Assembly (NCBI GenBank): GCA_000320545.1
Contig: ADNK01002608.1
Span: 1 to 64,000, forward strand
Reading direction: 5' to 3'
DNA length: 64,000 nucleotides
Source of the DNA: Bigelowiella natans CCMP2755
Taxonomy: Eukaryota > Protista > Cercozoa
This document shows positions 1 to 14,216 of this stretch, in pieces; the stretch's first letter is position 1, and every line of letters starts with the position of its first letter. A program made the translations under genes and the position numbers. The notes beneath the pieces were generated by a model, which made no database searches, was not told the DNA's origin, and saw nothing but the letters and a program-made list of their open reading frames with translations.

Positions 1-160
1 AGTAATAGCGAGAGAAGAAGAGAAAGGGTTATAGTAGGGTTTTCTTATGATAATAAAATGTATCGTTTCCACAGTATTTCTCTGCATAATACACGTTGAT
101 GAATGTTGTCCGTCCTATTTGTGCTGACTTGGTGGTGTTCTCCAATATAATTGCTATAAG

Positions 161-307
161 GCACATCCGTGCCACAAAGCAGATGCGAATACTGCGTCTT
201 CCTAATGTGTTAATTGTGCATCTTAGCAGGTAAGAAGAATATGTTTGTCTCTTTATCATCGCACAAATGCAATTATTTTCAGGCGAATGTACATAAATAT
301 GTCTTTC

Positions 308-392
<85 letters not shown>

Positions 393-882
393 TGCACACG
401 TGCATTAATTGATATCAATTTATTATTAGATTTCGACTGCTGGCACGAAGTGGACGTAAGGTTCTTTGCTACTATCCAAGATGATGATGATGAGGGAGGA
501 GGGGGAGGAGGAGGGGGATGATATCATGATTAGATACTGATATTAAAGATGATGATGGTGGTTGTGCTAATCTATTGTAGTACACTTACTACGACAAAGA
601 CAGATCATAAGAAATAGATGATGAGATTCAGCAAGTACAAAGACTTCAACCACCCTTCAAATGACGTTTCTTTTTATACAACATAACACCGTGCTAATTT
701 CCAACATGGTTATTGGGATTGATGTTACTGTGGTTCTTTCTGTCTTCATCTTTATGATCGATTGATGGCATGAAATTCCTCCTCCGTAGATCGATGTTAT
801 GGTCAAGTACCCAACAAAGGTACTAGCTGTAGTTGCAGCCGTAGCAGTACCTGTTAAGACACGACAAATTCAATGGCTATTA

Positions 883-931
<49 letters not shown>

Positions 932-1107
932 TTTCCGTAGGGTTTAGACTTGAGTCAATGGATGATACGAGAAGGGAAGGATTCGTTAATGGTTATATTC
1001 GATGATGTTGTGTCTAACAGGGGCAGAGTGCACAAATATGTCCCGCTTTTATAAGTTGCAATTTCTGAACATGTGATGATGAGAGCTCCTCCTAAATACA
1101 ATGTGCG

Positions 1108-1153
<46 letters not shown>

Positions 1154-1406
1154 TCTATCATCGTGTGTGGGTATTGATCTAGAAAACGAAGACCGAGGTT
1201 GCAGCATCTATAGATGGCTGTCCCTCTTCTATTCCTTCACCATCGTCAGAAGCAACAGCAGGAGGAGGAGGAGGAGGGAATAACAATGATCTCTATGACC
1301 TATTTGCTGTCTTGAAACATAATGGGGGTCTCCATTCTGGGTTGTAAATATCACTACCACCAGCAGCAGCATTAGCAGCATATTGTTGTTCCTTTGCATG
1401 TGTGAT

Positions 1407-1485
<79 letters not shown>

Positions 1486-1922
1486 CATTGATGTCCCATA
1501 GAATACTGATTTGGTTGTCGTTCATTCGTTGTTGTGTGTGTGTGTTAATAACTTAGTCATTACACTTCTATAGTGAAGCATCCTTGCAGCAAGAAATGGT
1601 TATCATCATGATTTCGTGTGACTAACTGCAGTAGAGGAAGTGCAGTGCTAGCTGGAGACGCCATTTCTTTCCTCTTCACACAGAGTGAATATCGTTCCTA
1701 ATTCTCTGCTTCTTCTTCGTTGTTGTCTACTTGGGTAGGTACTGCTTCAATGATGCTAAAGTGTGGGAGTTAAAATCCGAAGAACACGTGGTATGTTTGT
1801 ATGTATGTTGTTATTGCACAAGAAGTACTATTGGTGGTAGAGAGAAGGAGGAGGAAATTATGCAGCCGTTTGGACGTTGTTCACTAGACAATTGGTTTGT
1901 GTGTCGTTAATATCAGGATGTA

Positions 1923-1965
<43 letters not shown>

Positions 1966-2063
1966 TGATTTATACAATTCATGTATGAATTGATGGAAAA
2001 TTATCATCTCTCCGTAAGGTATGTCGTGATGCCTACATTTTGTGGTACAAGCGACGACGGTAA
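161..2063 (+). CDS. Ubiquitin-specific protease (peptidase C19), C-terminal exons; 5' part lies upstream of the window
   Basis: Spliced GT-AG exons (161-229, 430-460, 789-819, 941-~991, ~1183-1341, ~1557-1598, ~1739-1790, 2019-2063) read ATKQMRILRLPNVLIVHLSRF..KIDVMVKYPTKGLDLS..YDLFAVLKHNGGLHSGHYTS..WYCFNDAKV..AYILWYKRRR*, the USP His box and C-terminal motifs. Confidence 0.92.
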
Positions 2064-2151
2064 GAGGTCTTAATAACTATCACGGAACTACTCCAGGATG
2101 ATAGAATCCATCCATTTATACCTGGCGCTGTGAAGCTGCTGTTTCCGATGG

Positions 2152-2190
<39 letters not shown>

Positions 2191-3053
2191 GACAGAGCAC
2201 AACATCATACATACAGTAAACTGACGCCCTAGCACGGTCAACATGAGATGTAGGCACGCTAGTTGCATCAAAGTTATTGAGGATACATTGTAGTAGTCAT
2301 ACTTCACGTCGTACAAGTGTACAAGTACGATGCTAATTAACAATGCGCTTATTGTTGTACGAGAATCAAACAAAATGTGTGAAACTCAAATGCTTATAAC
2401 CTTGTACATTAGACTATGGAGACGTGTCATCATGTACAACAACTTGTGTCTCAATAACACGTAGTAACTTTTCCTTTGATAGCTAGATAGCTTTGATCAT
2501 TCGCGATCTCTTCATCGCTCATCATCGCAAATACAATTAAACATAAACGGGCCAATCATGCCTAATGCACAGCCTTCTCTAGCTTCTGGCCATTGGAGAC
2601 TCGCATACCTCGCTATGATGAATGTTAATCAGCATATATGCTGCTATTCGCTAGCTTTGAGCACACTGTGCAATGATTCAAAAGCATGTAAGCTAGTAAG
2701 GCTAGAAGGTCACAAGACTTACGGCGCATACATGTCATGTGCTACATGCGACAATTACGTGCATCTTGTATCTACACATATTCAGATACGCATGTGCGTT
2801 TCACAGCTTCGTGTTTGATAATTATCTCTTTTATTTGATGCTGTTTACATTAGTAGATCAACCACTTCTTACTTCTACGCCTACTTATGCTACGACGAAG
2901 ATCGTACACCCACATACATGCTGTGCATCTCGCTCTGACACCGTCTCTGATTCTATGGTCACAGTGCTATGCGACACATATGTGAAGTCTTAATCACCAT
3001 AATAGACACAGCAATACACTATATATATTATATTGTGTATTGCATGTCTATCA

Positions 3054-5292
3054 TCACCACCACCACCACCAAGAACTTCTTAGAGTCGCTTTAACACCTT
3101 TCTGCTCGCAAACGTGCTTATACCATGAAGCTAGATTTGGGTACTTCACCAAGATGCTGTAATGGCTCTCGAGTCGCTATCAGGACAAGCAAAGCATCAA
3201 TTTCAGCCTACTAACCAATCAACACAAGTGGCATGAATTGGGTGACAAGTACCTGGAAAAACGGCAATGCGGACGCATCTGCAACAGTGAAGGAATCTCC
3301 TATGACAAAGGGCCCGATGACCATCTCGTTCATCTCTTCCAGGACCTTAGAAAAATAAGCAAGAAGAAGAAGAAAAGTTGGTGATAATACAGAAAGACAA
3401 TCGCTATATTGTGAGTCAAAACGGCAATCACCATCATTCTGTTGTTTTGTTGTTACGATTGTTTATAATATGTTCTGCAGGAAATGCTACTACAATTTCA
3501 AATTTCTCAAAAATTCTTGCAAAGCCAAAGCAAATATGTATAAAATATGACACAACCAACTACTGGGCATTAGCGCATCTATCATATTATACGTACCTTA
3601 TCTAGTTGTCCCATCTTCTTGCTACTACCTCTCTCCCCTCCTCCAAGAACAGCACTCTTAGCTATTGGTCTGATGATGAAGGATATGTAGCATCTAATTT
3701 ATATCTGGTATGCTACTAGCTACATCACATGATCATCGTCAGAACACATCATCTTATATTCTGTACATAAGAATCGTAATCATGATGATGATCATGATAC
3801 CGTGTTATTATCAGCATCATTCTTTTATCATTGACGATTATCATCATTTTATCTGTACCTGAGTTTTGAGTTTAAGACGTCTCTCCAGGCAGCTGCTAAC
3901 TTCGCATCATCATCATCTGTAGCTTTTAAGGTTGGCTAGGAAGAAGAAGATGAAGAAGAAGAAGGAACAATAGAGCATTATGGTGGTATGGAAATAGTAA
4001 GGTGCTGTATTTCAAGGTTATGAATGAATGATGAAGAAGGATGATGATGATTAGGAGGAGGAGAATGAGGAAGATCATCTTACAGCAAAATTCTCGGCTA
4101 GGAAATCCAGGGTCCTAAGAATAAGTTATATGTGTTTGTGTGCGTGTGTACATGCAAATATTAATTTGTACTACTTTTCACTATCTGCAACGACAATCCC
4201 GTCCGATGTTTGTATGATAGGGACCTACAACAATGATATTAGGAGGGTTAGGGTATTGATTGATGATCCAACATAAAAGTACCAGAAGAAGAAAAAGATG
4301 ATGATGATGATTATTATTATTATAATAATGATGGTTATAATAATGATGATGGGTGATAAACAATGCCATCAGGACGTTGACGAACAAAATGACTTTAATA
4401 ATACGAGACAACGAAAATAGTAGTAACCACGTTGATAGGGGTGATGATGATGATGATGATGATGATACTCACACATCGTGCATAACTCTTCTCACGAGAA
4501 ATAGGAGAAAAGAATGCTCTTTCTTATTCTTATTCTTCAAGAAAATTGTTGTTAACCACCTCTCCTTTGGGATTCAGCTTCCAAAACCTAATTATTATTA
4601 TTACTATATTATTATTATTATTACTACCATGACACCATTACTACTCTACGATGATTCATGTTATTATATTCTTTGGATCATAAACAACATCCAACAAAGT
4701 GATTCTATCTATATTCGTGCATGTAACTATTGTACACCAGTCAGGTTTTCCTCCGGAACCATACAGAGCTACTTCTACAAGGTCGTACGGAACCGATCCC
4801 TAATAACGATGACAATGACTTCGATTATGGAAGCAGGACGATGATTATACCACCATCAATGAATGCATCATAATACGGCCATACCATTTCCAAAGCGATC
4901 CATGTTCTCTGTGCATATGGACACATCTTGTTTGTCACGAATTTGATTTTCCCCCCACCCTTTTTGCCCTTAACTGCAACTGCTGCTTTGGCAGAGTAGG
5001 CACTACTAACAAGTTTTTTTTTCTCCTGATGCTGAAAATTTCTCTGGGTTATTCGACGTATTGTTGGCGATATCATCTTCGAATCACTGCCAGTACTACA
5101 GCTCCTGATACCATTCATCAACTGTGGTGAATCTATCCCTTTCGAGCTCTCGTCCATACGACTAAATGTCGGCAAGATGATGAGGAAGATGGGTAGTAAG
5201 ATAACCAATCGTGACACCACCACCAAGTGGGAGGCTGTGGGAAGAACACATAGGTGGAGATTATTAATAATATTCAGAGAGGAGGTGCTCAT
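3054..5292 (-). CDS. Glutathione S-transferase (CPYA active-site type) with N-terminal targeting extension
   Basis: Exons read NKMCPYAQRTWIALE..KPDWFWKLNPKGEVPII..VADSEKTLDFLAE..GPFVIGDSFTVADASALPFFQRL..YPNLASWYKHVCEQKGVKATLRSSWWWWW*. A hydrophobic signal-like stretch followed by a Ser/Arg-rich region precedes the domain. Confidence 0.9.
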
Positions 5293-5739
5293 CAATAAGC
5301 AATTTTTCGAACCCACCCACCCAACACAAAGCGTGCTAGCAGAGAGACTGAGGAGGCACAGGTAGCAGATATATTACACCAGGACAATAGGATCACACCT
5401 GGAATCAAGCTGCGTTCTTTTGTTCCCACTGTCGTCGCTAGAGGCATTAAACGCCCAGGAAATGTAGGAACGAGTCAGCTGGAAGGGGGAGAGCACGTAT
5501 TTCGGTTGCAATTCGAACGTACAATAGTTTCAGCGAAAGCATCCTTGATTTATTTACTGCGACAATGATTATTTATCAACAGTATCTGATGAAAAACATC
5601 GTGTTATTTTTATCCTGCGACAATCGAATCCATTTGATTAATCTAGATAATCTAGTAATACTACGCTACGAGTATACAACGTGGTGCTTGCATCCAGTAA
5701 CGCATGTAGTAACTGATCTGTTTTAGTGCGATAGAGTAG

Positions 5740-6490
5740 AGCCTAGATTAACGAGAAAGAGGAGAGCAGATGGCACCATTTCACGCTGGGTGTGGGTGTG
5801 TGGATGCTGTTTCCGAGCCGAAAAATCAGATTGCAAGGTCGTCAGTGAGGAGGAGAGGGAATGTTCTTGATGTGAAAACCAAAATTCTTCCACATCCTTA
5901 ATCGAAGCCCTGACCTCTTCCTAATAAGCTTCCAAACAGCGGTGTGAAATTAATTTTCCAGCGTTGAAAGTGGCACAACATTGGCCTCTTCTAGCTCCTT
6001 TCCATTCTCACCACTAGACTAGTAGACCATGGCATCATGCAGCACTCACCACGAATTCACAAAAAAACAGGTCCTCTTGGTGTCCTACTCACATGCATTG
6101 GGTTTGAAATTTCAATTCTGGCCATGCTCATGCTAGCAGGATGCCAGAAGCAAAATCCAGTCGTTTTAGGAGTGACTCTGATGACGTCTGCGATTCATTC
6201 CTCTAGTCCTCTCTACAAGCATCGTCAGTGGATGCTTTCTAGCTTTGTGCATTGTTCCATGATGTTTTTTCATGTCATTTCCGAGATCACGTGTAAAGTT
6301 TTAATGTCGGATGCGTTGTTAGCAAACAAAAGACAGTCAGTGATGCGACTAAGTCTGCGGAAAACGAAGACCACGCTTTTTCCTCTTGGGTCATGTTCAC
6401 GGTTTGATTCTATCAACAGGCCACAACTGTTCCGATCAACGATTCCCTCATCCTTGATATGTCCTTCGCCGTTGTCAATCAGCGCGCTCG
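5740..6490 (-). pseudogene. Decayed intronless coding fragment of unidentified origin (possibly TE or viral), TpA-depleted
   Basis: The minus-strand frame reads protein-like (SALIDNGEGHIKDEGIVDRNSCGLLIESNREHDPRGKSVVFVFRRLSRITDCLLF...) with several stops and no Tyr codon in ~150 codons. No microsatellites or introns. Confidence 0.45.
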
Positions 6491-6793
6491 TACGCAGTCA
6501 AGTCCTGACGCACTCACTACAATGGCTTAGCATTGGTCCTATGTCTAGGTCTAGAGGTGGAAGAGTGCACACATGCACTAATAACACGTTTGTGCGTAGC
6601 TAGGTGGAAACGCGTGCATTGTCATGCTTCTACGCATGGCTTACTTAGGTCATGCTGGTCGCGTGCGTGCACAGGTTTGTGCACACGTGTTTTCTGCTTG
6701 ACACTTTGCACATTTGGCGACTAAATGCTAGACAAGCAAGCACCATTGCGTGCGATGTACTGTGATCACTTCATGAGGCTACTTAGTGCTACA

Positions 6794-7050
6794 TTAAGAT
6801 GGACTTGTCGCTGCTTGTTTTGCATCTTCTAGACCATCTAGGGCGTCTTCTGCGGCGTCTAGTTTTTCCTTGATGCTTGATATCAACTGAAAATGATGAA
6901 AAATTACTTGTGTCAGGCAGACATCATGAGTTACTTTTGAGTAGGAGTAGTAGTAGTAGTGGTAGTAGTCATCATCGTTATGGTAGACACTACTACCTCT
7001 TCAGGTATCTTGGCTTGGGGCCCATTCTGCATTTCAAATAACAACACCAC

Positions 7051-7088
<38 letters not shown>

Positions 7089-8358
7089 AACACTTTTGTC
7101 AGCAGTAGGCTCTATTGCCACTGCAGTACTGATCTTTTTTTTTTTCTTCTTCTTCTTCTTCTTCTTCTTCTGTGTCGTCTAGAGAACCAACCTTTTGATA
7201 ATGCTGGCCGAGTAGTGATAAAGCACTTGCCACCTAAAAGGCAAGACAGCAATAATTTTAGTCAACCATGACCACGAACGAAAGGAGAAAATTGTTTTGA
7301 GTAGCGGTAGTAGTATTAGTAGTATGGATATGATATCGTCAACATCATCATCACCGATTTATACACTTCAGGCTCCTTGCTTGCTGCTCCCCTGCCGCCT
7401 GAATATTTTTTTATCCACTCTTTGCTGCTCTCAGCAGCGTCTGCACCTACTTTTCGCACCTACATAGGTATGTGGGCTGTTGGGTAAGAGGACATACAAT
7501 ACACACACGCACACGCACACGCACACGCACAGGCTATTTGAATTGTTACCTCCTACCATACCTGACACTTCTATACAATAAGTTGTTGCAGCAGGAATAG
7601 ATTGTACTTCTAGCAACTAGTGGAATCGGTAAACATACCTGCGCAGGAGGCTTTCCCTGCTCCTCAGCATCGAGAGTCGCACGCAAATTCTATATGTAAA
7701 CTTATTCAATATTGGTAATGGTTGCAAATCATAAAAAACAAAAACACTAAACAAGGAATCGCTTCTACTCCCTTGGAAGGTGACGCTACACAACCTGAAC
7801 AAGTTTTCTTGTGAGAGTTATATAATCTTCGGACGGGTCACTAGCAGCAAGAGCTGCATGGCCTCCATTAATAGATAATGATGAGAGAAGTAGCGGCACT
7901 GCAGTAATCATGCCGCTCAAGCTCTTCCGCCTGATATGACAAGGCAACCAAAAGAGGTCTGTGTGAGGGGATGAAGGAAGGATCTTGCTGTGTCCCTAAT
8001 GTGCTCGATTAGTACCTCGTCGTGCGAGGAACAACAGGGCCCTCTGCAGAGACCCTCAAAATACTTTTCTTGATTCGATTGGTATGTACCATCATTCTCG
8101 AACAATCTGATATTGAGATCTGTCAGTAGCCGACGAGGCGTTAATGTTCTGGTGAGAAAAGTAACCAAATCGTCTCCTTAATTGTAGAGATGAAGGGTGC
8201 ATTTTGGTCATACGACGATGGCTGGCGCCCAGAGTGGGTTGTGATACGGAGAAAGGCATGAATAAGACCAGCGGAAGGACAAGAAAAACGGGCAAAGAGA
8301 CAGCGCCATTGCAGCGTGGGTCCCTGTGGAACACCGTCGTCATCATCATCGTCATCAT
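6794..8358 (-). CDS. psb27: Photosystem II assembly factor, Psb27 family (Psb27-H2/LPA19-like), nucleus-encoded and lumen-targeted
   Basis: Mature region reads DPSEDYITLTRKLVQNLRATLDAEE..VRKVGADAAESSKEWIKKY..VYKSVASALSLLGQHYQKNGPQAKIPEELISSIKEKLDAAEDAL. It is preceded by a signal peptide, a transit-like region and a TRRKSL..AALA lumen signal. Confidence 0.85.
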
Positions 8359-8726
8359 TGTGATCGACGTGTCCTCCTCTCCTTGTCTGTCGTTGGTGTG
8401 ATGGTGTGATTGGTGTGGTAATCGGCTCAATTACCAAACCCCTTTTTCTACTGCGGTAATCAATTTTACAAGTCGCAGCCTAGAAATGAATCTCCGTATT
8501 TAAGTTTAAATGCATGGTGTTGTAGTCTTACGACAGAGATATGATGCTTGTCGTAGGGAAGAAAATACCTACAAGTTAGTAGAGAACGTAGAGGATGCGA
8601 GTGCTACCCGAAGCCACGGCTGTGATGAGCACTGTAGAGACTCTGGAAGAAGATCTCTGATACCATTCAAGGAGAGGAGGAGGCAGTCCATACCTGCTTC
8701 TTCTCCAGGAAGACATATTTCGATAA

Positions 8727-9193
8727 ATGCAACACGAATTTAGATCTAGGAGCTTTGTGCTCTGGATCGGGTGAGACTGATAGTGATGATTCATTCCTGT
8801 GCTCCGCTTCTTATTTTTTGAACATGTCACATCTATTTGGAAGATATACATAAAATTTGGAAAATCATGTTACAATATCAACAACTCCTTGGTTCTTTTT
8901 AATACACATTCATTGAGTAGAATTCATAGCCACCATTGGAATTCTTGGTCGTCAACGCGAATTAAAACGATGATTACTTTTCAGCTTCGTCGCATATGTG
9001 GCCTATGTGCACGTTTCCATGTCGTGGTCATCCATTTCGGGGGTAGGATCAAAAGATCCCAGCATCATACAGGAATACACCCGGAGCACTGTTAACTATT
9101 CCAAAGAACATGGATTGAGGTTGTTACTGCTACAATTCAGCAAATGACATACTGCAAATTAGAACGATGAGTGTCTATGAGTCTATGCGGTGT

Positions 9194-9232
<39 letters not shown>

Positions 9233-9596
9233 CGCGCGCGCGCGCATGTTTTGTATTTCTAAGCAAACTTCTTCCCAACCTGCTATCTTCTTCCTTCCTC
9301 CTATTTTACTGCTACTACAACTACAACCGAAGCAAACCCAACGAAGTTGTTCGAAAGAAGTCCGAAACCGATGAAGCTCGTATGGCAATGCTACTGGAGC
9401 AAAATCGTGCATTGCATACCCGTTTCCTCCTTAATGGTTCAGGAGTTCACGAAGAAGAAGAAGAAGAAGAAGAAGAATCACGGAGGAGGAAGCACACCGT
9501 ATTGTATAATCGAAAGTTTTCGGACTTGCAATTACCCTCCACCTTTGATGGCGTCATTAGTAGTCACAATGGCGCTGGCTTGGGGGAGGGCCTTAC

Positions 9597-9636
<40 letters not shown>

Positions 9637-10114
9637 GTTTCAGTAAGAATAGTGCAGACAATTCCCCCCTCCTACTCCGTGGAAATTAGTCTAAAAAGTA
9701 TCATAAAATTAATATTTCAAAATGGTATAAATTAAATTGATCTCTCCCTGCCCTTCTTCTTCTTCTTCTTCTTCTTCTTCTTCTTCTTCTTCTGTTTTTT
9801 AGGTGGTGCCTTCGGATGGTGAGCTTGTGGTAGGATATTGTGATGACCCAATGCAGTATTTTGCTGCAAGGATAGCACCGCATATCATTCCATGGAAGCC
9901 TGTGAAATTGGTCTTCGTTCCGCACTTAGGCAAACAGATGACTACGGTAGTAACAAGAAGAAAAATGGCACATGACTCCACCTCTCTCCTTGTTTTCATC
10001 ACTATTTCTTTCAATTGATATGCATTTTCTTCCGAAATTAGAGGACGTAGGCAGCAGCATTGGTAGAAATGATACGCTATAACAAATATACACACATACT
10101 CCATGCATACTCCA

Positions 10115-10188
<74 letters not shown>

Positions 10189-10274
10189 GCAGAGGGCAGT
10201 AGCTGACAGCCGCTTCAAGGATAAAAAACTGGATGCGAAGTACTTCCCTCATATTACCATCTGTCAGGTTGTTG

Positions 10275-10327
<53 letters not shown>

Positions 10328-10502
10328 TTGCCCTCCTTCTCACCCTCTTCTTCTCCTCCTCCTCCTCCACCACCACCGATCGATTCTCTCTGTTGCTCAT
10401 TTCTTGACTCTCTTCTTCTTTTTCTGATGTCGCTGGATCCGTTCTACAACCACCTTTATCATGTTCTGTTGTTGTCGTAGTTGTCATCTATATACCACCC
10501 AC

Positions 10503-10537
<35 letters not shown>

Positions 10538-13500
10538 ATGTCTACTACCTACTACCTACTACCTATCCTGCTGTTGCATCTATCTACTCTATTACAGGGG
10601 TGGCACTATCAGAAATTTCTCAAGGAAAATCGGAAAAAAACTCGAAGTCATAGCCCTCCCAGAGGGTACTACTACTACTACTACTACGATGACGATTAAA
10701 CGGGGAGACTTCTGTGAGATGAGATCTCGCTGCCGTTTTTTCATTAAGCAAAGTGATTAGTAGTCATCATTATCGTCAACACCATCATCATCATCATCAT
10801 CATCATCATTATCATCATCATTATCATCATCATCGTCATCGTCGGTTGATCTATAACAAGGTATCCTGTGGATCAGTGGGTAGATGGCGTCTTTTGGCCA
10901 AGAAATTCGCAGTTTAAAACCCATAGAAAGGTCATCGTCGATTTGTTTCGTCAGGATGGGAGGACTATATAAACTGCAGGCATCTATGCATCATTTACAG
11001 TTGTCATTTCCTCTGTCGTACGTATTTATCATAATAATCCCAATAGCAGCAGCAGCAGCAAAACGGCGGTTTGCTCTCATCTTTCAGTCCCCCGCCGCTG
11101 CCCTCTTCTTCTTCCTCCTTCCAATTTTTGTTTATTCACACAGTCCGAAAGACCTTTTATAGTTGCTGCTAATATGGAGGCTGCAGGAGGACACAATTGC
11201 GACTCGTAAAACGACGATACGATAGATTTCAAAACAACGAATGATGATAGAAGATGATTCCATCGATTATTGTCGTCTGCAACACTCATTCCTTCGCGTT
11301 ATTGTTACTGATGTAGGTGATGTTGTTGTTGTTGTTGTTGTTGTTGTATTATTTGGTGCTTTTTCTGTGACCTCCATACTCTACTTTTGCCTCTTCTTCC
11401 TCATTGTAATCCTCCTCCTCCTCCTCCTTCTTTTCATTTAATCAGATATGACGTTCTATTGGACACAAAGACTGCCAAAATCCATGGTGGTTGCCCGACA
11501 ATATGGACCTCAATGGTAGTAGTAGTAGTAGTAGTAGTAGTAGTTTATATGGTTTGTGTGTCGTCATCGTTTGCATCTATCCATCTATCCCATCACCAAA
11601 AGAGAAAATGTTAGTATGCTGGTGGGTCTTCTTCTACTTCTTCTTCTTCTTCTTCTTCTCTGCTCCTGCTATTACTACTGCTTCCACTTATACTTCTACT
11701 ACTCGTCGCTGTTTGTGTCGTGGTGTCAATGATGATGATGATGATGATATAGGGAATCGTCGGGTTGTCTGATCATATCTTACGGTAGTAGCAATACCAC
11801 ATATCAAGTTAGTGGTAGTGTTGTTTGTGTTGTGAATGATGTCTTGCCAGCATAAACATGCAACTACAACATGAGCAAGGAATAGTACGATAATATAATA
11901 GTAATGACACATGATGCTGGCTGCCCTCATGGTGTCATGTACACATCATATTGTTATATTATCACATATATGACTACATACGTGTGTAGAGGGCCTTTGG
12001 ATCTTGTGAAATCTGTTGGTTTTGATGCTGAAAGGGTGCTGAGGTAGGAGTAGTAGTAGTAGTAGTTGTTATTGTTGTAGTTGTAGTTATTGTAGTATCT
12101 GTGCTGCTGGCTGATCGAGGAGGGGGAGGAGGAGTAGGAGGAGTCATAGCCAACTTTCATTCATTCTTTCTTTCCTCCTTTCTTATTGCTCAAGTGTACG
12201 TCACCATAGCTTGATGGTTGCTGCATACTCACAAGTATTGCATATGCGTGTGTGTGTGCGTGCGTGTATATGTGTTGATATTAATCATATCAGTCATTTG
12301 CTAACATAGATGGAGATGACGAGATGTTGTCGTCGTCGTCGTCGTTGTTGTTGTCGTTGTCCTCCTCCTCCTCCTCCTTTGTTGTCCTCCTACTACTTAA
12401 TCAGGAGCAAGAAGGGGTTTTGTGCATTTCTTTATCGAAATTGCTTCAAGAAATTCTACTCTAATTTCGCTGCTGTAATGACTAATAGAACCCAACAATC
12501 ATCACCCTCAAATAAATATGTAGAAGATATGGACAACAAAGCTGGGGTGGGATTGGTTACCTATGACAACAACAAAAAGAAGAAGAAGAAGAAGATATAC
12601 ACACATTTACACACACATTTATAGGCGATGAGCGGCTGATCGAGCACTTATGATGATTATTCACTACATCATTATCATCATGACCTTCTTGTAATATATC
12701 AACATAAGAGTGGTGCTGTTTTATATCCAGATTCGTGTCGCATTCTTCGATATGATATCTTCCTCATATAAGAAACCTGATGCCCTTGGTAGTAGTAGTA
12801 GTAGAAGTAGTAAACAATCACTAGCTTACATTGACTAAGAGATTCTCCTGATGATTACAACCACGTTGCGGAAATGAACTGATTTATTATTATGAATCGT
12901 ATAAATTGATTAATTGATAAGGTGGGTGCAGGAGGACCAACGTCAGGCGCATAGCAAGGGTCAAACAAGCATCTCTCCAGTTGTCTTCTTTTCTTCCACT
13001 TCTTCTTCTTCGTCTCCCCTGATACATCATCACCATATGTTGTCTGGATAGCTCGTCTTCAAATCTTTTCTTTACCATCAAGCTGATATTGTAATGATTA
13101 GAATACTGCTGGTGGCAAAGAGTCTTATATGGATGAAGCTGTACAGATCTTTGGACGGTATTGTTACTTTGTCGCCCTACTACCTACTACTACACATGCA
13201 TAAAAGAAGAACACCACTGTTAATGCTCCTCCCCGCCGTTATAACGATGAAAACTACCAACAAAAAATACAAACACTACTACTACTACTACTACTACTAC
13301 TACCACAGGTATAAATTCGTCATTGCCATGGAGAATCATCACGTAGCTGGCTATATTACTGAAAAGGTGTGTGGGTGGTGCTGCATCTTGCTAATTAGTA
13401 GTTTGTTGATGGCAAGTAGTAGCTAGCAATAGTGGTGGTGGTAGTAGTCGTAGTACTAGTAGTACTAGGGCTAGTTACTAGAAGTAGTAGTAGTGTGAGG

Positions 13501-13637
13501 AGAGAGGAGTGAAACTACCAACGACAATCTCTTTACTCAAAAAGAGAGAAGAAGAAGAAGAAGGAGAAGAAGAAGAAGAGGCATAAGAAGAAGCATTACC
13601 TTTTATTGTCCCGAGGGTCTTGTTGCACCGTAGTACA

Positions 13638-13668
<31 letters not shown>

Positions 13669-13953
13669 CCTGACATACTACTATTAATCTGCTGCTGCTG
13701 CTGCTGCTGCTTTTGTGGCTTTTTGGTCCTCCTCTTTCTCTTCCTCTTCTTCCTCCTCTTCCTCTTCTTCCTCCTCTTCCTCCTCTTCCTCCTCTTCCTC
13801 CTCTTCCTCCTATCAAGCTAATAAACGCCGTGCTAGCCAATAGTGTCCCAATCTACTTTGGAGCGCCCGATATATATGATTATGTCAATCCGAAGAGATT
13901 TATCAGGTTACTAGCCATCATCACCGTCTTCCTTCCTTCCTTCCTCTGCCTAC

Positions 13954-13990
<37 letters not shown>

Positions 13991-14183
13991 TGCGTTTTGT
14001 TGTATCTGATCGAAGGTGTGATCTGGATGAGGGGAGACTGAAAGAGTTTGGCAATAAGAGATTCACTAATGAGAACCAAAGAGAGACTTGGGCTCGAGAA
14101 AATCTTAAAGGGTGGGTATACATATTAGCACCACTAGTAGCATAGCAACACTACTGATGCTACTATTCCCAACATCTGCAGAC

Positions 14184-14216
<33 letters not shown>

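Noticed and set aside
308-390. Compound (TC)n(TA)n(TG)n tracts as evidence of TA->TG conversion
   Set aside because: Compound dinucleotide tracts are common from slippage alone, and the TA part is intact, so they are not diagnostic.
430-790. Apparent non-canonical introns or stop read-through in the USP gene
   Set aside because: Using the GT at 461 gives RSGRK|IDVMVKYP with a canonical intron 461-788. The genes I could reconstruct use GT-AG and the standard code.
6037-6603. 188-aa plus-strand ORF
   Set aside because: No recognisable motifs; it is the antisense shadow of a decayed frame, kept open by loss of TAA/TAG.
8470-9100. Possible small minus-strand gene between psb27 and GT10
   Set aside because: No consistent exon chain; the region is better explained as a divergent promoter plus the first two GT10 exons.
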